A DNA stretch of 64,000 bases from Planctomycetota bacterium. GTDB taxonomy: Bacteria > Planctomycetota > UBA8108 > SXIK01. Both the position numbers and the translations under genes were made by a program. The stretch spans positions 512,001 to 576,000 of the forward strand of contig OZ244999.1 of the NCBI GenBank assembly GCA_965223265.1. Direction: 5' to 3'. Positions 46,834-56,363 of this stretch are shown here, in pieces. Position 1 is the stretch's first letter. The number at the start of each line of letters is the position of its first letter. The notes beneath the pieces were generated by a model that searched no databases, was not told the DNA's origin, and saw only the letters and a program-made list of their open reading frames with translations.

Positions 46834-47997
46834 CTATCGATTCGAGAGATACTTGTCCATCCGGCGAAGACCCTCTTCGAGCTTGTCCATGCTCGTGGCG
46901 TACGACAGTCGAAGATACCCTGCCGCCGCGTCGCCGAAAGCGCTTCCCGGCAATACCGCGACGCCGGCGACTTCGAGTAGCTCGCGCGAGAGATCTTCGG
47001 CGCTCATGCCCGTTTCCTTGACGTTCGGAAACGCGTAAAACGCCCCTCCCGGCGTGACGCAGCTGACACCAGGGAGACGATTCAATCCAGCGACCAGAAA
47101 GTCACGTCGTCGCTTGAACTCAGCCACCATCGTGCCAACGTCGTCTTGAGGGCCCGTGATCGCGGCGAGACCGCCGTATTGATTGAAGGTCGTCGCGCAC
47201 GAAATGATGTTGACGCTATAGAGCTCAAAGAGCTCTGCGAGCTCCATGGGTACGATTCCGTATCCAAGGCGCCAGCCAGTCATTGCATAGCTTTTCGAGA
47301 AGCCATCGAGGATGATCGTCCGCTCCGCCATTCCGGGAAGTGTCGAGATACTGACGAAGTCACCGTCGTAGAGGAAATTTATGTAGATCTCATCGGCTAA
47401 GACGACGATGTCCTTCTCGCACGCCACCCGTGCCACCGCCGAAAGATCCTCGCGGTCGAGTGTGCCGCCCGTTGGATTGTGGGGATAGTTGAGGATGATG
47501 AGGCGCGTACGATCACTGACCCGGGCGACGAATTCGTCGCGATCGAAGCTGAATTGTCGTTCCTCGCGAATCGGCAGAGGAACGCCGGTGGCACCGCTGT
47601 GGCCGATCAGTGAACGGTACATCGGAAAGCCTGGATCTGGGTAAATGACTTCGTCGCCTTCACCAACTAAGCTCTGGATCGTGTAGAGCATGATGGGCTT
47701 TGCGCCCGTCGTGACGATCACCTGACGCGGGTCGAACTCGATTCCCCTGCGCTCGCCGGCATCTCTTGCGATCGCCTGGCGCAGCGCCGGGAGTCCTGGC
47801 GTTGGTCCGTAACCGGTTTTGCCCTCGCCGATCGCGGCGATGGCAGCATCGCAGATGTGCTTTGGCGTCGGGAAATCCGGCTGGCCGATCATGAGGTGGA
47901 CGATGCTTTTCCCTTCCGCCTCCAGCTCTTGCGCGCGCGCGAGGACTTTGAATGCGGATTCCGTTTCGAGTTTCTTGTTTCTTGGGTGGATTCTCAT
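46834..47997 (-). CDS. PLP-dependent class I aminotransferase (AspAT-like)
   Basis: GQPDFPTP, NYPHNPTG, DEIY, GFSKSYAMTGWRLG and GYLRLSY. Start at MRIHPRNKK. Confidence 0.93.
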   Translation of the reverse strand: MRIHPRNKKLETESAFKVLARAQELEAEGKSIVHLMIGQPDFPTPKHICDAAIAAIGEGKTGYGPTPGLPALRQAIARDAGERRGIEFDPRQVIVTTGAKPIMLYTIQSLVGEGDEVIYPDPGFPMYRSLIGHSGATGVPLPIREERQFSFDRDEFVARVSDRTRLIILNYPHNPTGGTLDREDLSAVARVACEKDIVVLADEIYINFLYDGDFVSISTLPGMAERTIILDGFSKSYAMTGWRLGYGIVPMELAELFELYSVNIISCATTFNQYGGLAAITGPQDDVGTMVAEFKRRRDFLVAGLNRLPGVSCVTPGGAFYAFPNVKETGMSAEDLSRELLEVAGVAVLPGSAFGDAAAGYLRLSYATSMDKLEEGLRRMDKYLSNR

Positions 47998-48337
47998 GCC
48001 GTCAGGATACAGATTCCGAACCGCTCTGAAAAGGGACGCAGCTGCAACCCGCCCGATCGATCGCTCGGCCTCGACCGCGAACTCGCCAACTGCGGCGTTC
48101 GATGAACGGGCGTGCGACCGGGCGACGGTGTTGTCGGCGCTGGCACAGCGTGTCGGTTCGTGGAGATGGCGAGATGTAAGGCTGTGCATGGCAAGGGCGT
48201 TCGACCGTCGGCTCGACGGATGAGAACGGTCTTGCGGTTGGTGTCGACGGGCGGGAGAATCGTGGGCTGCTTGCATCGGTGCAGCCGAGGACGGGCCTGC
48301 TCCGGGAGAGGACCTGTTCAAGAGGATCAACGCGGAA

Positions 48338-48802
48338 GTGACCCCACCTTCGATTTCCCACTTGGGCGACCACCGCGCACTGCGCGTGACCGTGTGGTGG
48401 ATCGCCGAGATCGCTACCATCGTGGCTTGTGGAGGCGCGCTGTCCGTCAGCCTAACGTCGCGCGTCTACGCCGGTTTCTGCGTCCTGTTTGTTGTCTGGT
48501 TCGCCTTCAACCAAATGCACACATCCGTTGGGCTCGAGTCCCGCGCGCTTCGCGGTGCGAACTCGCCGGAGGTGCACGGCGCCAGGCGCCGCGTTGTGGT
48601 GCGTCTTTTGTTGTTTTACTTTGTCGTCCTGAGTGCTGGTATCGTCGGCTTGTGGTTGCAATCTCGAGTCAACACGATCAAATTGCGCGACGACAGCACA
48701 CTGTTTGTCGCGATAGTTTTTGTCCCCATCGCGATTCGCGTGGTCTGCCTGCAGAGACGCTACCTGCGGTTGCGTGGAGAGGAGCTGGAGGAGCTTCGAT
48801 GA
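48338..48802 (+). CDS. 4-TM hypothetical membrane protein
   Basis: Four hydrophobic segments; immediately upstream of dusB. Confidence 0.55.
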   Translation: MTPPSISHLGDHRALRVTVWWIAEIATIVACGGALSVSLTSRVYAGFCVLFVVWFAFNQMHTSVGLESRALRGANSPEVHGARRRVVVRLLLFYFVVLSAGIVGLWLQSRVNTIKLRDDSTLFVAIVFVPIAIRVVCLQRRYLRLRGEELEELR

Positions 48803-48857
48803 TCTCTCAGCCTCCTTCGACGCCCTGTCGATTTGGCGCGAGGTTGGCGAGGAGCGG

Positions 48858-50024
48858 ATGATGGAGTCGAGCGAAAGACTGAAGGAACCGGATGCGCCGA
48901 ACGCCGGCGATGCCTCGGTTGGCGACACTGAGGCGTTGTATCCGCCGCTCGCGCTGGGCGCTGCTCGCATTTGGCCGCCAGTGGTGTTGGCGCCCATGGC
49001 TGGCGTAACCAACTACCCATACCGCAAGATCTGCAACTCTTTCGGCGCGGGGCTGTGCGTCAGCGAGATGGTCAGCAGTCGCGGCATTCTCGAAGGCAGT
49101 GAGAAAACGTGGCATCTGGCGCATTTCGGCAGCGAGGAGTCGCCGCGATCTATCCAGATCTTTGGCTGCGATCCCGTGGCCATGGGAGAGGCTGCACGGC
49201 GCATCCGATGCGAATTAGACGTCGACCACATCGATCTCAACTTCGGTTGCCCGGTCCCTAAAGTGACGCGCAAGGGAATGGGCGCAGCGGCGCCGCTCGA
49301 TCTGGACAACTTCGCGCGCGTCGTTCGAGAGGTGGTGCGCGAGGCTGATCCGTTACCGGTGACGCTGAAGACGCGCCTCGGCATGGACGATGATCGACAC
49401 ACGTACTTGGAGGCAGGGCGCGTCGCCGAAGCTGAGGGCTGCTCCTGGATTGCCCTTCACGCTCGCACCGCCAAGCAAATGTATTCCGGCGTAGCGAGAT
49501 GGGAGCTCATCAGACGACTGAAGGAAACCGTCAACATCCCTGTTCTCGGCAACGGCGATATCTTTACCGCACCGGATGCCTTGCAGATGATGGACGAGAC
49601 GGGCTGCGATGGCGTTGTGATTGGTCGCGGCTGTCTCGGCAACCCATGGCTCTTCCGCAACCTACAACGTCTTTTCCGCGGCGCGGGAGTACCGCAGCGA
49701 CCATCGATCGAAGAAGTAGCAGACGTGATGCGCTGGCACTTCGAGCTTTTGTGCGAGCATTTTCAGACCAATCCGAAACAGGCCTCGTTTCATATGCGCA
49801 AGTTCGGCACATGGTACGTGCGCGGCATTGAGGGCTCTGCCGAGATCCGCCGTGACTCCCAGAAGATCGCGTCGCGCCAAGACCTTGAACTGATTCTTGA
49901 GCGCTTGCTTGAGGCGCACTACATGCCTAACGCGTGCGATCCGGCGCGCCCCACACGCCCGACGCGTCAGCCGGACGCGTCCGCGGAGGCAACTACCCAA
50001 ACTCGATCGGGTGTTACCGCGTAG
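48858..50024 (+). CDS. dusB: tRNA-dihydrouridine synthase B
   Basis: LAPMAGVT, IDLNFGCPVPKV, LHART, GNGDIF and IGRGCLGNPWLF; GAGGAG RBS. Confidence 0.92.
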   Translation: MMESSERLKEPDAPNAGDASVGDTEALYPPLALGAARIWPPVVLAPMAGVTNYPYRKICNSFGAGLCVSEMVSSRGILEGSEKTWHLAHFGSEESPRSIQIFGCDPVAMGEAARRIRCELDVDHIDLNFGCPVPKVTRKGMGAAAPLDLDNFARVVREVVREADPLPVTLKTRLGMDDDRHTYLEAGRVAEAEGCSWIALHARTAKQMYSGVARWELIRRLKETVNIPVLGNGDIFTAPDALQMMDETGCDGVVIGRGCLGNPWLFRNLQRLFRGAGVPQRPSIEEVADVMRWHFELLCEHFQTNPKQASFHMRKFGTWYVRGIEGSAEIRRDSQKIASRQDLELILERLLEAHYMPNACDPARPTRPTRQPDASAEATTQTRSGVTA

Positions 50025-50874
50025 CGGGTGTGCAGAGATAGTCGAGAATCGCTTTGCCTTCGCGTAGATCCGCGGCGAGTAAATGCGCACCGGCGCGCTG
50101 CAGCCGCTCCTTTTTGTCTTCGTTCATGTGGTAGCGATTCTTCTCTTTGGTGTGAAGACCTAAGCACACACCGCCCACGTCGCGGCCGTTGACGATCTCC
50201 ACATAACCATCACCAACGATCAATAGTTCCGAACCCTTGAGCTGCAGATCAGCCAGGATCTGCTTAATCACCTTCTCTTTCGAGAAGTTCTTGTAGTCCG
50301 GCAGGGCTCCAAAGATTCCGCCGTCGAAGTAACCGTCCAGCTCGATCAGTTGCGCTTCGGCCTTGACATACTCGACGTCGGTGCCGCTTGCCAAGTAGCA
50401 ACGAATGCCCGCGGTTCGGCACTCTTCAAGAAACTGTTTCGCGCCGGCGATCAAGAACTCGTCGATGGCGATACGGCCGGCGCGGACCGCGGCGTAACGT
50501 TCTTCGACGCAGAGATTGAGACGCCGATAGTACTCGTTTTTGTAGTCGAGAGGGTCCGCCGCTTCGCCGCCGCGCTTTTCGACCTCCTCCGCCAAGCGAA
50601 TCATTTGGTAGATCGTTTGCTTGCCGGTCAGATGATCGACAAAGTCGATCACAAGGGCTTCGAGTTCCTCGCGACTCTCATGTCGCGGGCACGCTTCGAG
50701 CACTTCGACCATGAGCGGGACCATGTAGTCCTGCCAGCCGTCTCGCATGTAGCTGACGGTTCCGTCGTAGTCGAAAACGGCGTGACGGATCTTGCCGCGC
50801 GGGGGCTCTTCGAGGATCTCGACGGCCGTGCCCGGAATCGTCGCTGGGGGAGAGTTCATAGTGCGGTGTATCAA
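50014..50874 (-). CDS. HAD-superfamily hydrolase
   Basis: FDYDGT, LASGT, FSK and VGDGYVE motifs I-IV. Confidence 0.88.
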   Translation of the reverse strand: MIHRTMNSPPATIPGTAVEILEEPPRGKIRHAVFDYDGTVSYMRDGWQDYMVPLMVEVLEACPRHESREELEALVIDFVDHLTGKQTIYQMIRLAEEVEKRGGEAADPLDYKNEYYRRLNLCVEERYAAVRAGRIAIDEFLIAGAKQFLEECRTAGIRCYLASGTDVEYVKAEAQLIELDGYFDGGIFGALPDYKNFSKEKVIKQILADLQLKGSELLIVGDGYVEIVNGRDVGGVCLGLHTKEKNRYHMNEDKKERLQRAGAHLLAADLREGKAILDYLCTPATR

Positions 50875-51029
50875 ACCGGGATGGCGGACACGCTCGCCGG
50901 CTCATCGCGGGTGAGCTCGGAGTGTAGTCAGGCGACGCCGCGACGCGATCGGCCGCGGCATTCGCCCGTGTGCTCAATGAACGCATTCGGAGGCCCGAGA
51001 GAGCGGACCGTCGTTCGTGGTTGCGTCCT

Positions 51030-51548
51030 TTATCCAGCCGCCGACTTGGCAGCTTCCAGTGCGGCGTTGTAGTCCGGCTCATCCGTCACTTCAGGGACGA
51101 TCTGGACGTACGTGACCTTGTCGCTTGGGTCGACGACGAAGATAGCGCGGGTGAGCAAGCTGAGCTCTTTAATCAAGACGCCGTAGTTCTTCCCGAACGA
51201 GCTTTCGCGGTGGTCGGACAGAGTCTTCATTTCCACGCTTTCGGCGCCACACCAGCGACCTTGCGCGAATGGCAGGTCAAGGCTTATCGTCAACACTTCG
51301 ACGTTGTCAGGAAGCTTTGCGACCTCCTCTGCGAAGCGCTTCGTCTGAATGGAGCAGACAGGGGTGTCGAGAGACGGGACCACGGAAAAGAGGCGCGCCT
51401 TGCCCTTCGACGAACTCAAACTCACGGGCTCGAGATCGCCGTTGATGACGTTGAAATCTGGGGCTGCATCGCCGACCTTGATTTCGGGGCCAACGAGCGT
51501 TAACGGGTTGCCTTTGAATGTGACCGCTCCGCTTCTTTCTTGTGTCAT
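51030..51548 (-). CDS. tpx: Thiol peroxidase (atypical 2-Cys peroxiredoxin)
   Basis: VPSLDTPVC, SLDLPFAQGRWC and EVTDEPDY. Confidence 0.96.
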   Translation of the reverse strand: MTQERSGAVTFKGNPLTLVGPEIKVGDAAPDFNVINGDLEPVSLSSSKGKARLFSVVPSLDTPVCSIQTKRFAEEVAKLPDNVEVLTISLDLPFAQGRWCGAESVEMKTLSDHRESSFGKNYGVLIKELSLLTRAIFVVDPSDKVTYVQIVPEVTDEPDYNAALEAAKSAAG

Positions 51549-51892
51549 GACGTTCTCCTGAAAGTGCTTCTCGACGCGAGAGAGCGTAGCCTAACTGATT
51601 GGATCAAACCGTCGAGAGTTGTCAGCGCGGGTCCGGGAGCAGGCCCGGCAGATCGAGCGGCAGCGCGGTACACACCACTCTCGATAACCATCACCCTCGA
51701 TGGAGCCTCTGGCGTGGGAGCCCCGCATAGTAACCAGCAACACGTTTGAGTACAATAGGTCAATTCGTCGTTGCGCGTCCCAGCACGCGGACTTGCGGAG
51801 GGCGGCGACGTGCGCAAGGTTGTTCCATGTTGCCGGCGGTCGGAGGTCGACCCCGAGAGTGAGGCAGCTGGCCAGAGAAACACAGCGGAATC

Positions 51893-53212
51893 GTGGTGCA
51901 GCAATTGAACGAGGTCGAAGCCATTGCTCGCAGAGCGCGAGCCGCCGCCCTTTCGGTCGCGGCGCTGAGTGGCGAAGTGCGTGATCGTGCGCTGACTGCC
52001 GTACGCCAGTCCTTGCTTGACGAGCGGGAGACTATTTTCGCAGCCAATCGTGCCGACAAGGAAGAGTCTCAGGCTCTTGTCGCGCGGGGTGAGATGTCGC
52101 AGGCGCTCTTCAAACGGCTCGACATCGAGGCAGCGAAGTTCGACGGTGTGCTCGCGGGGATTGACGATGTGATTCGACTGCCAGATCCGATTGGCTGCGT
52201 GGACTATGCCACCCGTCTCGACGAAGGTCTCGACCTCTACCGCGTCTCCTGCCCCCTTGGAGTCATCGGCGTGATCTTCGAAGCGCGGCCTGATGCTGCG
52301 GTGCAGATTTCCGCGCTGACGCTGAAGTCAGCCAATGCCGTGATTCTGAAAGGCGGACGAGAGGCCCAAAGGACGAACAGCGCCTTGGTCGACGCGATTC
52401 GATCCGGGCTCAGTTCGGTGCCGGAATTCCCGGAGGACGCGGTGCAGCTCATCTCGACGCGAGAGGAGGTGCGCGCCATGCTCGATCTCGACGAGTGGAT
52501 CGACCTCATCATTCCGCGCGGGTCGAACGAGCTCGTGCGTTCGATACAAGCTGCTACTCGCATCCCAGTTCTTGGTCACGCCGACGGCATCTGCGCTGTG
52601 TACATCGACGCCGATGCCGCCGTTGAGACTGCCGTCAATGTCGTCCTCGATTCGAAGACGCAGTACCCCGCGACGTGCAACTCCGCCGAGACGCTCCTCG
52701 TGCATCGGCAGGCTCTGTCGCGCGTCTTGCCGGCGGTCGGTGCCGCGCTGGCGTCAGCGGGCGTCGAGTTGCGCGCCGACGATTCGGCGCGCGAGAGCCT
52801 TGAGGCCGCAGTCCCAGCGCAAGAAGCCGACTACGATACGGAGTTCTTGGATCTCGTCATAGCCGTCAAAACGGTCGACTCGATCGATGAGGCGATCGAG
52901 CACATCAACCGGCATGGCTCGCACCACACCGACGCGATCGTCACGGAGAATCAAAGTGCCGCCGACGACTTCCTCCGTCGAGTCGACTCGGCCGGCGTTT
53001 TTCACAACGCGTCGACGCGGTTCGCCGATGGATATCGTTACGGACTCGGAGCTGAGGTCGGCATAAGTACGAACAAAACCCATGCCCGCGGTCCCGTTGG
53101 GCTAGAGGGGCTTGTCATTTACAAGTTCAAGCTGCACGGAAATGGCCAAGGGGTCGCGGACTACGGACCGGGTAAGAAGCCGTTTCTCCACAAGCGCCTC
53201 GACGTTCCGTGA
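51893..53212 (+). CDS. proA: Gamma-glutamyl phosphate reductase
   Basis: PLGVIGVIFEARP, CNSAETLLVH and NASTRFADGYRYGLGAEVGISTNKTHARGPVGL. Confidence 0.97.
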   Translation: MVQQLNEVEAIARRARAAALSVAALSGEVRDRALTAVRQSLLDERETIFAANRADKEESQALVARGEMSQALFKRLDIEAAKFDGVLAGIDDVIRLPDPIGCVDYATRLDEGLDLYRVSCPLGVIGVIFEARPDAAVQISALTLKSANAVILKGGREAQRTNSALVDAIRSGLSSVPEFPEDAVQLISTREEVRAMLDLDEWIDLIIPRGSNELVRSIQAATRIPVLGHADGICAVYIDADAAVETAVNVVLDSKTQYPATCNSAETLLVHRQALSRVLPAVGAALASAGVELRADDSARESLEAAVPAQEADYDTEFLDLVIAVKTVDSIDEAIEHINRHGSHHTDAIVTENQSAADDFLRRVDSAGVFHNASTRFADGYRYGLGAEVGISTNKTHARGPVGLEGLVIYKFKLHGNGQGVADYGPGKKPFLHKRLDVP

Positions 53213-53291
53213 GACCCGCGCGCGACAGCGGAAGTCGTTATCGGAACCACACCGCCTATGGCTCGCTACGGGACACCCAGCAGAGGAGCTC

Positions 53292-53320
53292 TTGACGGGG
53301 CCGAGCAGAGCCGTTATTAC
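53292..53320 (+). promoter_or_regulatory. Candidate sigma70 promoter ~260 nt upstream of hpnH
   Basis: TTGACG-N17-TATTAC; the -10 element is imperfect. Confidence 0.3.
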
Positions 53321-53577
53321 TCATCGCTTTGTTCCGCGTACCGCGAGGAGAGCGTCCGTTCTCTCCGTTCAACTCGACCGGGGGAACTCAGCGGCGCAGG
53401 TCGCTCGTTGTGCGCGGTGTCCTGGTGGACAGGCGAGCCGATGCACAGGTTCGCTCTCGTGCGGCGTGCTGTCACAAACGTGGCGGCGAGGACCGGGTGT
53501 CCTGTCGACGCTCGGAGAGCCGCCGGAGAGACAGGGTCCAACTGACCCGACCGAGACACGACCGCGGGAGGCTTCGC

Positions 53578-54741
53578 TTGGCAGTTCCGTTTTCGCAAGC
53601 TTGGACGGTCGCCTCGTACGTCCTCCAGAAAAAGCTCAGGCGCCAGCAGCGCTATCCGCTGGTTCTGATGCTGGAGCCGCTGTTTCGTTGCAATTTGGCA
53701 TGCGCCGGATGCGGTAAGATTCAGTACCCGGCGCACGTTCTAAAAAAGCAGCTCACTCCCCAGGAGTGTTTTCGCGCCGCCGAAGAGTGTGGTGCGCCGA
53801 TCGTCAGTATCCCCGGCGGCGAACCACTGATGCACCCAGACATCGTCGAGATCGTCAGTGGCCTCGTCGAGCGGCGGAAATACATCTACCTGTGTACGAA
53901 CGCGCTGCTTCTGCAGGAGCGCCTGGACGAGTTTACGCCGACCAAGTATCTCACCTTCAGCGTGCACATGGACGGTCTCAAGGATGATCATGACTTCGCC
54001 GTTTGCCGCGAGGGCACCTACGAGGTCGCAATCGACGCCATGCGCGCCGCAATTGACCGCGGGTTCCGCGTCACAACGAACACGACGCTCTTCGAGGGCG
54101 CCGCGCCGGAGAGGGTCCGGGAGTTCTTCGACGAAATGATGGAGCTCGGCGTTGAAGGCATGATGATCTCGCCCGGATATAGCTACGCGAAAGCGCCGGA
54201 TCAGGAGCACTTTCTGCGACGTTCCCGGACGCGTGAGATGTTCTCTCGCATTCTCTCTCGCCCGAAACGTACTTGGCGATTCAACCAATCACCGCTGTTT
54301 CTGGAGTTTTTGATGGGCGGGCGTGACTATCAGTGCACGCCTTGGGGCAACCCGACCTACAACGTCTTTGGTTGGCAGAAGCCCTGCTATCTGCTTCAGG
54401 ATGGGTATGTCGACACGTTCGCCGAGCTAATGGGGTCCACTGAATGGGACCGATACGGAACCGGCCGTGACGAGCGCTGCTCGGACTGCATGGTGCACTG
54501 CGGCTATGAGCCGAGCGCTATGAACGATACGTTTGGCTCGCTTCGCGGTTTTTTGAGCACCGCACGGGCCGCGCTCCGCGGGCCGCGTCGCGGGCCGAGC
54601 GCTGATGAGTCCTCGCCGACGACTACGGAAACGGACCAAGAGGCTGCCCCGGTTGGCGGCTGCGTCTCTGGGGGACGCCGCGAGGACTCTTCGGACGAGC
54701 GCCCGGTCGCGGGGGTGGGGGCGGGAAGCGAGCCATCGTGA
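53578..54741 (+). CDS. hpnH: Adenosyl-hopene transferase (hopanoid radical SAM)
   Basis: TTG start after GGAGG (MAVPFSQ...). RYPLVLMLEPLFRCNLACAGCGKIQYP, CTPWGNPTYNVFGWQKPCYL and CSDCMVHCGYE. Confidence 0.95.
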   Translation: MAVPFSQAWTVASYVLQKKLRRQQRYPLVLMLEPLFRCNLACAGCGKIQYPAHVLKKQLTPQECFRAAEECGAPIVSIPGGEPLMHPDIVEIVSGLVERRKYIYLCTNALLLQERLDEFTPTKYLTFSVHMDGLKDDHDFAVCREGTYEVAIDAMRAAIDRGFRVTTNTTLFEGAAPERVREFFDEMMELGVEGMMISPGYSYAKAPDQEHFLRRSRTREMFSRILSRPKRTWRFNQSPLFLEFLMGGRDYQCTPWGNPTYNVFGWQKPCYLLQDGYVDTFAELMGSTEWDRYGTGRDERCSDCMVHCGYEPSAMNDTFGSLRGFLSTARAALRGPRRGPSADESSPTTTETDQEAAPVGGCVSGGRREDSSDERPVAGVGAGSEPS

Positions 54742-55169
54742 GCGAGGCACCTACCGGCGAATCTCCGTTGCGCGGTGAGGGCGGCCCGATCGAAGGAGAG
54801 CTGTTTGTGCAGGGGTTTACGTGGTCGCTTGGTCAGGACCTTGATCTCGAACGCGTGCTGGACGCGGCGTTCGACTACCGCGGCAACGTCCTGCTACGGC
54901 TGCAGAATGATTCTGAAGTTACAGGGTACCTTTTTAACCGTGGTGCCGATGGGACGGGTAAGTTCGTGGAGGTCTTTCCCGTCGACGGGAGTCGGCAGCG
55001 TGTCCGCTGCGACGACATTCACGCCGTTGTTTTCAGTGGCCGCGATACGGCGGCGGGTAAGTCGTGGGAGACATGGGTGAAGAAGTACGAAGCCAAGAAG
55101 GCCGCCGAAGCGCGCGGAGAGCGGGTCGAATCGATCGATCTCTTTCCGGATGCGGGAGAGGAGACGTGA
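54738..55169 (+). CDS. Hypothetical protein coupled to hpnH (AFDYRGNV...GRDTAAGKSWETWV)
   Basis: GTGA overlap with the hpnH stop; globular-looking sequence. Confidence 0.8.
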   Translation: MSEAPTGESPLRGEGGPIEGELFVQGFTWSLGQDLDLERVLDAAFDYRGNVLLRLQNDSEVTGYLFNRGADGTGKFVEVFPVDGSRQRVRCDDIHAVVFSGRDTAAGKSWETWVKKYEAKKAAEARGERVESIDLFPDAGEET

Positions 55170-55304
55170 GAGAGCGAGATTGCGAGCGCATCCTTGTGAT
55201 CGCGACGCGGTCGGTGAAAGCCGCTCTGAGACGTGGCCTCTATTTCAGCTGAACAACCTTCTACGCGACTGTCGTAGAACGAGTGAGCGCGACTGGTTCG
55301 CTCG

Positions 55305-56363
55305 TCAAGAACCCGCCGGCGGGTTGCCGTCTTCGAGCACGACCGCTTCTCCCGTCATGGTTACGGCGACTTCGTCGCCGACTCGGTAGTGGGCGGCACC
55401 GACCACGTCGACAATGAGCGATGTGTCCCCGATGAGCACCGAGTATCGCGTGACACTACCGCGGTAGTCGCGCGCGCGTATCGTGCCGGTTGCTTGATTC
55501 GGTGCGGTCGCCTCGAGGCGTAACTGTTCAGGGCGAATCGACACTGCGGCCGCTGCATCGCACTCGCGATCGAGAGGCACGCGGCCGACGCAGGTGTCGG
55601 CATGGCGCCCGCCCGGGCGCACGTCAAGTACGTTGGTTGCGCCGAGAAACCTGGCGACGAACGGAGTCTTGGGATGCCGATAGATGTCCTCCGGCGTTCC
55701 CAGTTGAACGATTCGCGCTGTATCCATGACGGCAACGCGGTCCGCGAAGGAGAATGCCTCACTCTGGTCGTGTGTGACGAGGATCGCGGTGACGCCTTCA
55801 CGTTTGAAGAGTGCTCGGATTTCTTCGCGTGTGCCAGTACGTAGGCTCGGATCGAGGTGGCTGAACGGCTCGTCCAATAGCAGTAGCCGTGGGCTTGGTG
55901 CTATGGCCCGCGCGATCGCCACGCGCTGCTGCTCACCACCCGACAGCGCCTGCGGCGAGCGATGCGCCAGTTTGTCTAAGCGGACGAGCTGCAGCGCACG
56001 CACCGCGCGTTCACGGCGCTCGGACTTTGGTAGCGACCGCAGCCCGAAGGCCGTGTTCTCGAGTACGCTGAGATGCGGAAAAAGCGCGTAGTCTTGGAAC
56101 ACAAAGCCAATGCCACGTTTCTCTGGCGGGCAGTGTACGGTCGGTGAGGCGAGGACTTGGCCGCCGAGCAAGACTTTGCCAGCGTCGGCACGTTCCAGCC
56201 CCGCGATGAGCCGCAGCGACGTTGTCTTACCGCATCCGGATGGTCCGAGCAGCGCGAAGATCTCTCCCTGTTCGACTGCGAACGTCAAATCGTCGACGAC
56301 ACAGGGTTCTGAGGCGTGGAAACGCTTCGAGAGATTCTCCAACTCGAGCAGATGAACCGTCAT
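55305..56363 (-). CDS. fbpC: Fe(III) ABC transporter ATP-binding subunit
   Basis: GPSGCGKT, LSGGEQQ, LLLDEP and a TOBE-like C-terminus; ATGA overlap with the permease. Confidence 0.9.
   Translation of the reverse strand: MTVHLLELENLSKRFHASEPCVVDDLTFAVEQGEIFALLGPSGCGKTTSLRLIAGLERADAGKVLLGGQVLASPTVHCPPEKRGIGFVFQDYALFPHLSVLENTAFGLRSLPKSERRERAVRALQLVRLDKLAHRSPQALSGGEQQRVAIARAIAPSPRLLLLDEPFSHLDPSLRTGTREEIRALFKREGVTAILVTHDQSEAFSFADRVAVMDTARIVQLGTPEDIYRHPKTPFVARFLGATNVLDVRPGGRHADTCVGRVPLDRECDAAAAVSIRPEQLRLEATAPNQATGTIRARDYRGSVTRYSVLIGDTSLIVDVVGAAHYRVGDEVAVTMTGEAVVLEDGNPPAGS

Noticed and set aside
47998-48420. N-terminal extensions in the ORF track (aminotransferase; likewise hpnH, infA, fbpA, fbpC, the 58988 ORF and the 5379 start)
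   Set aside because: Downstream starts fit the RBS, gene overlap or family length better.
53320-53577. SAM or cobalamin riboswitch in the hpnH leader
   Set aside because: I could not find the conserved core motifs of either class.
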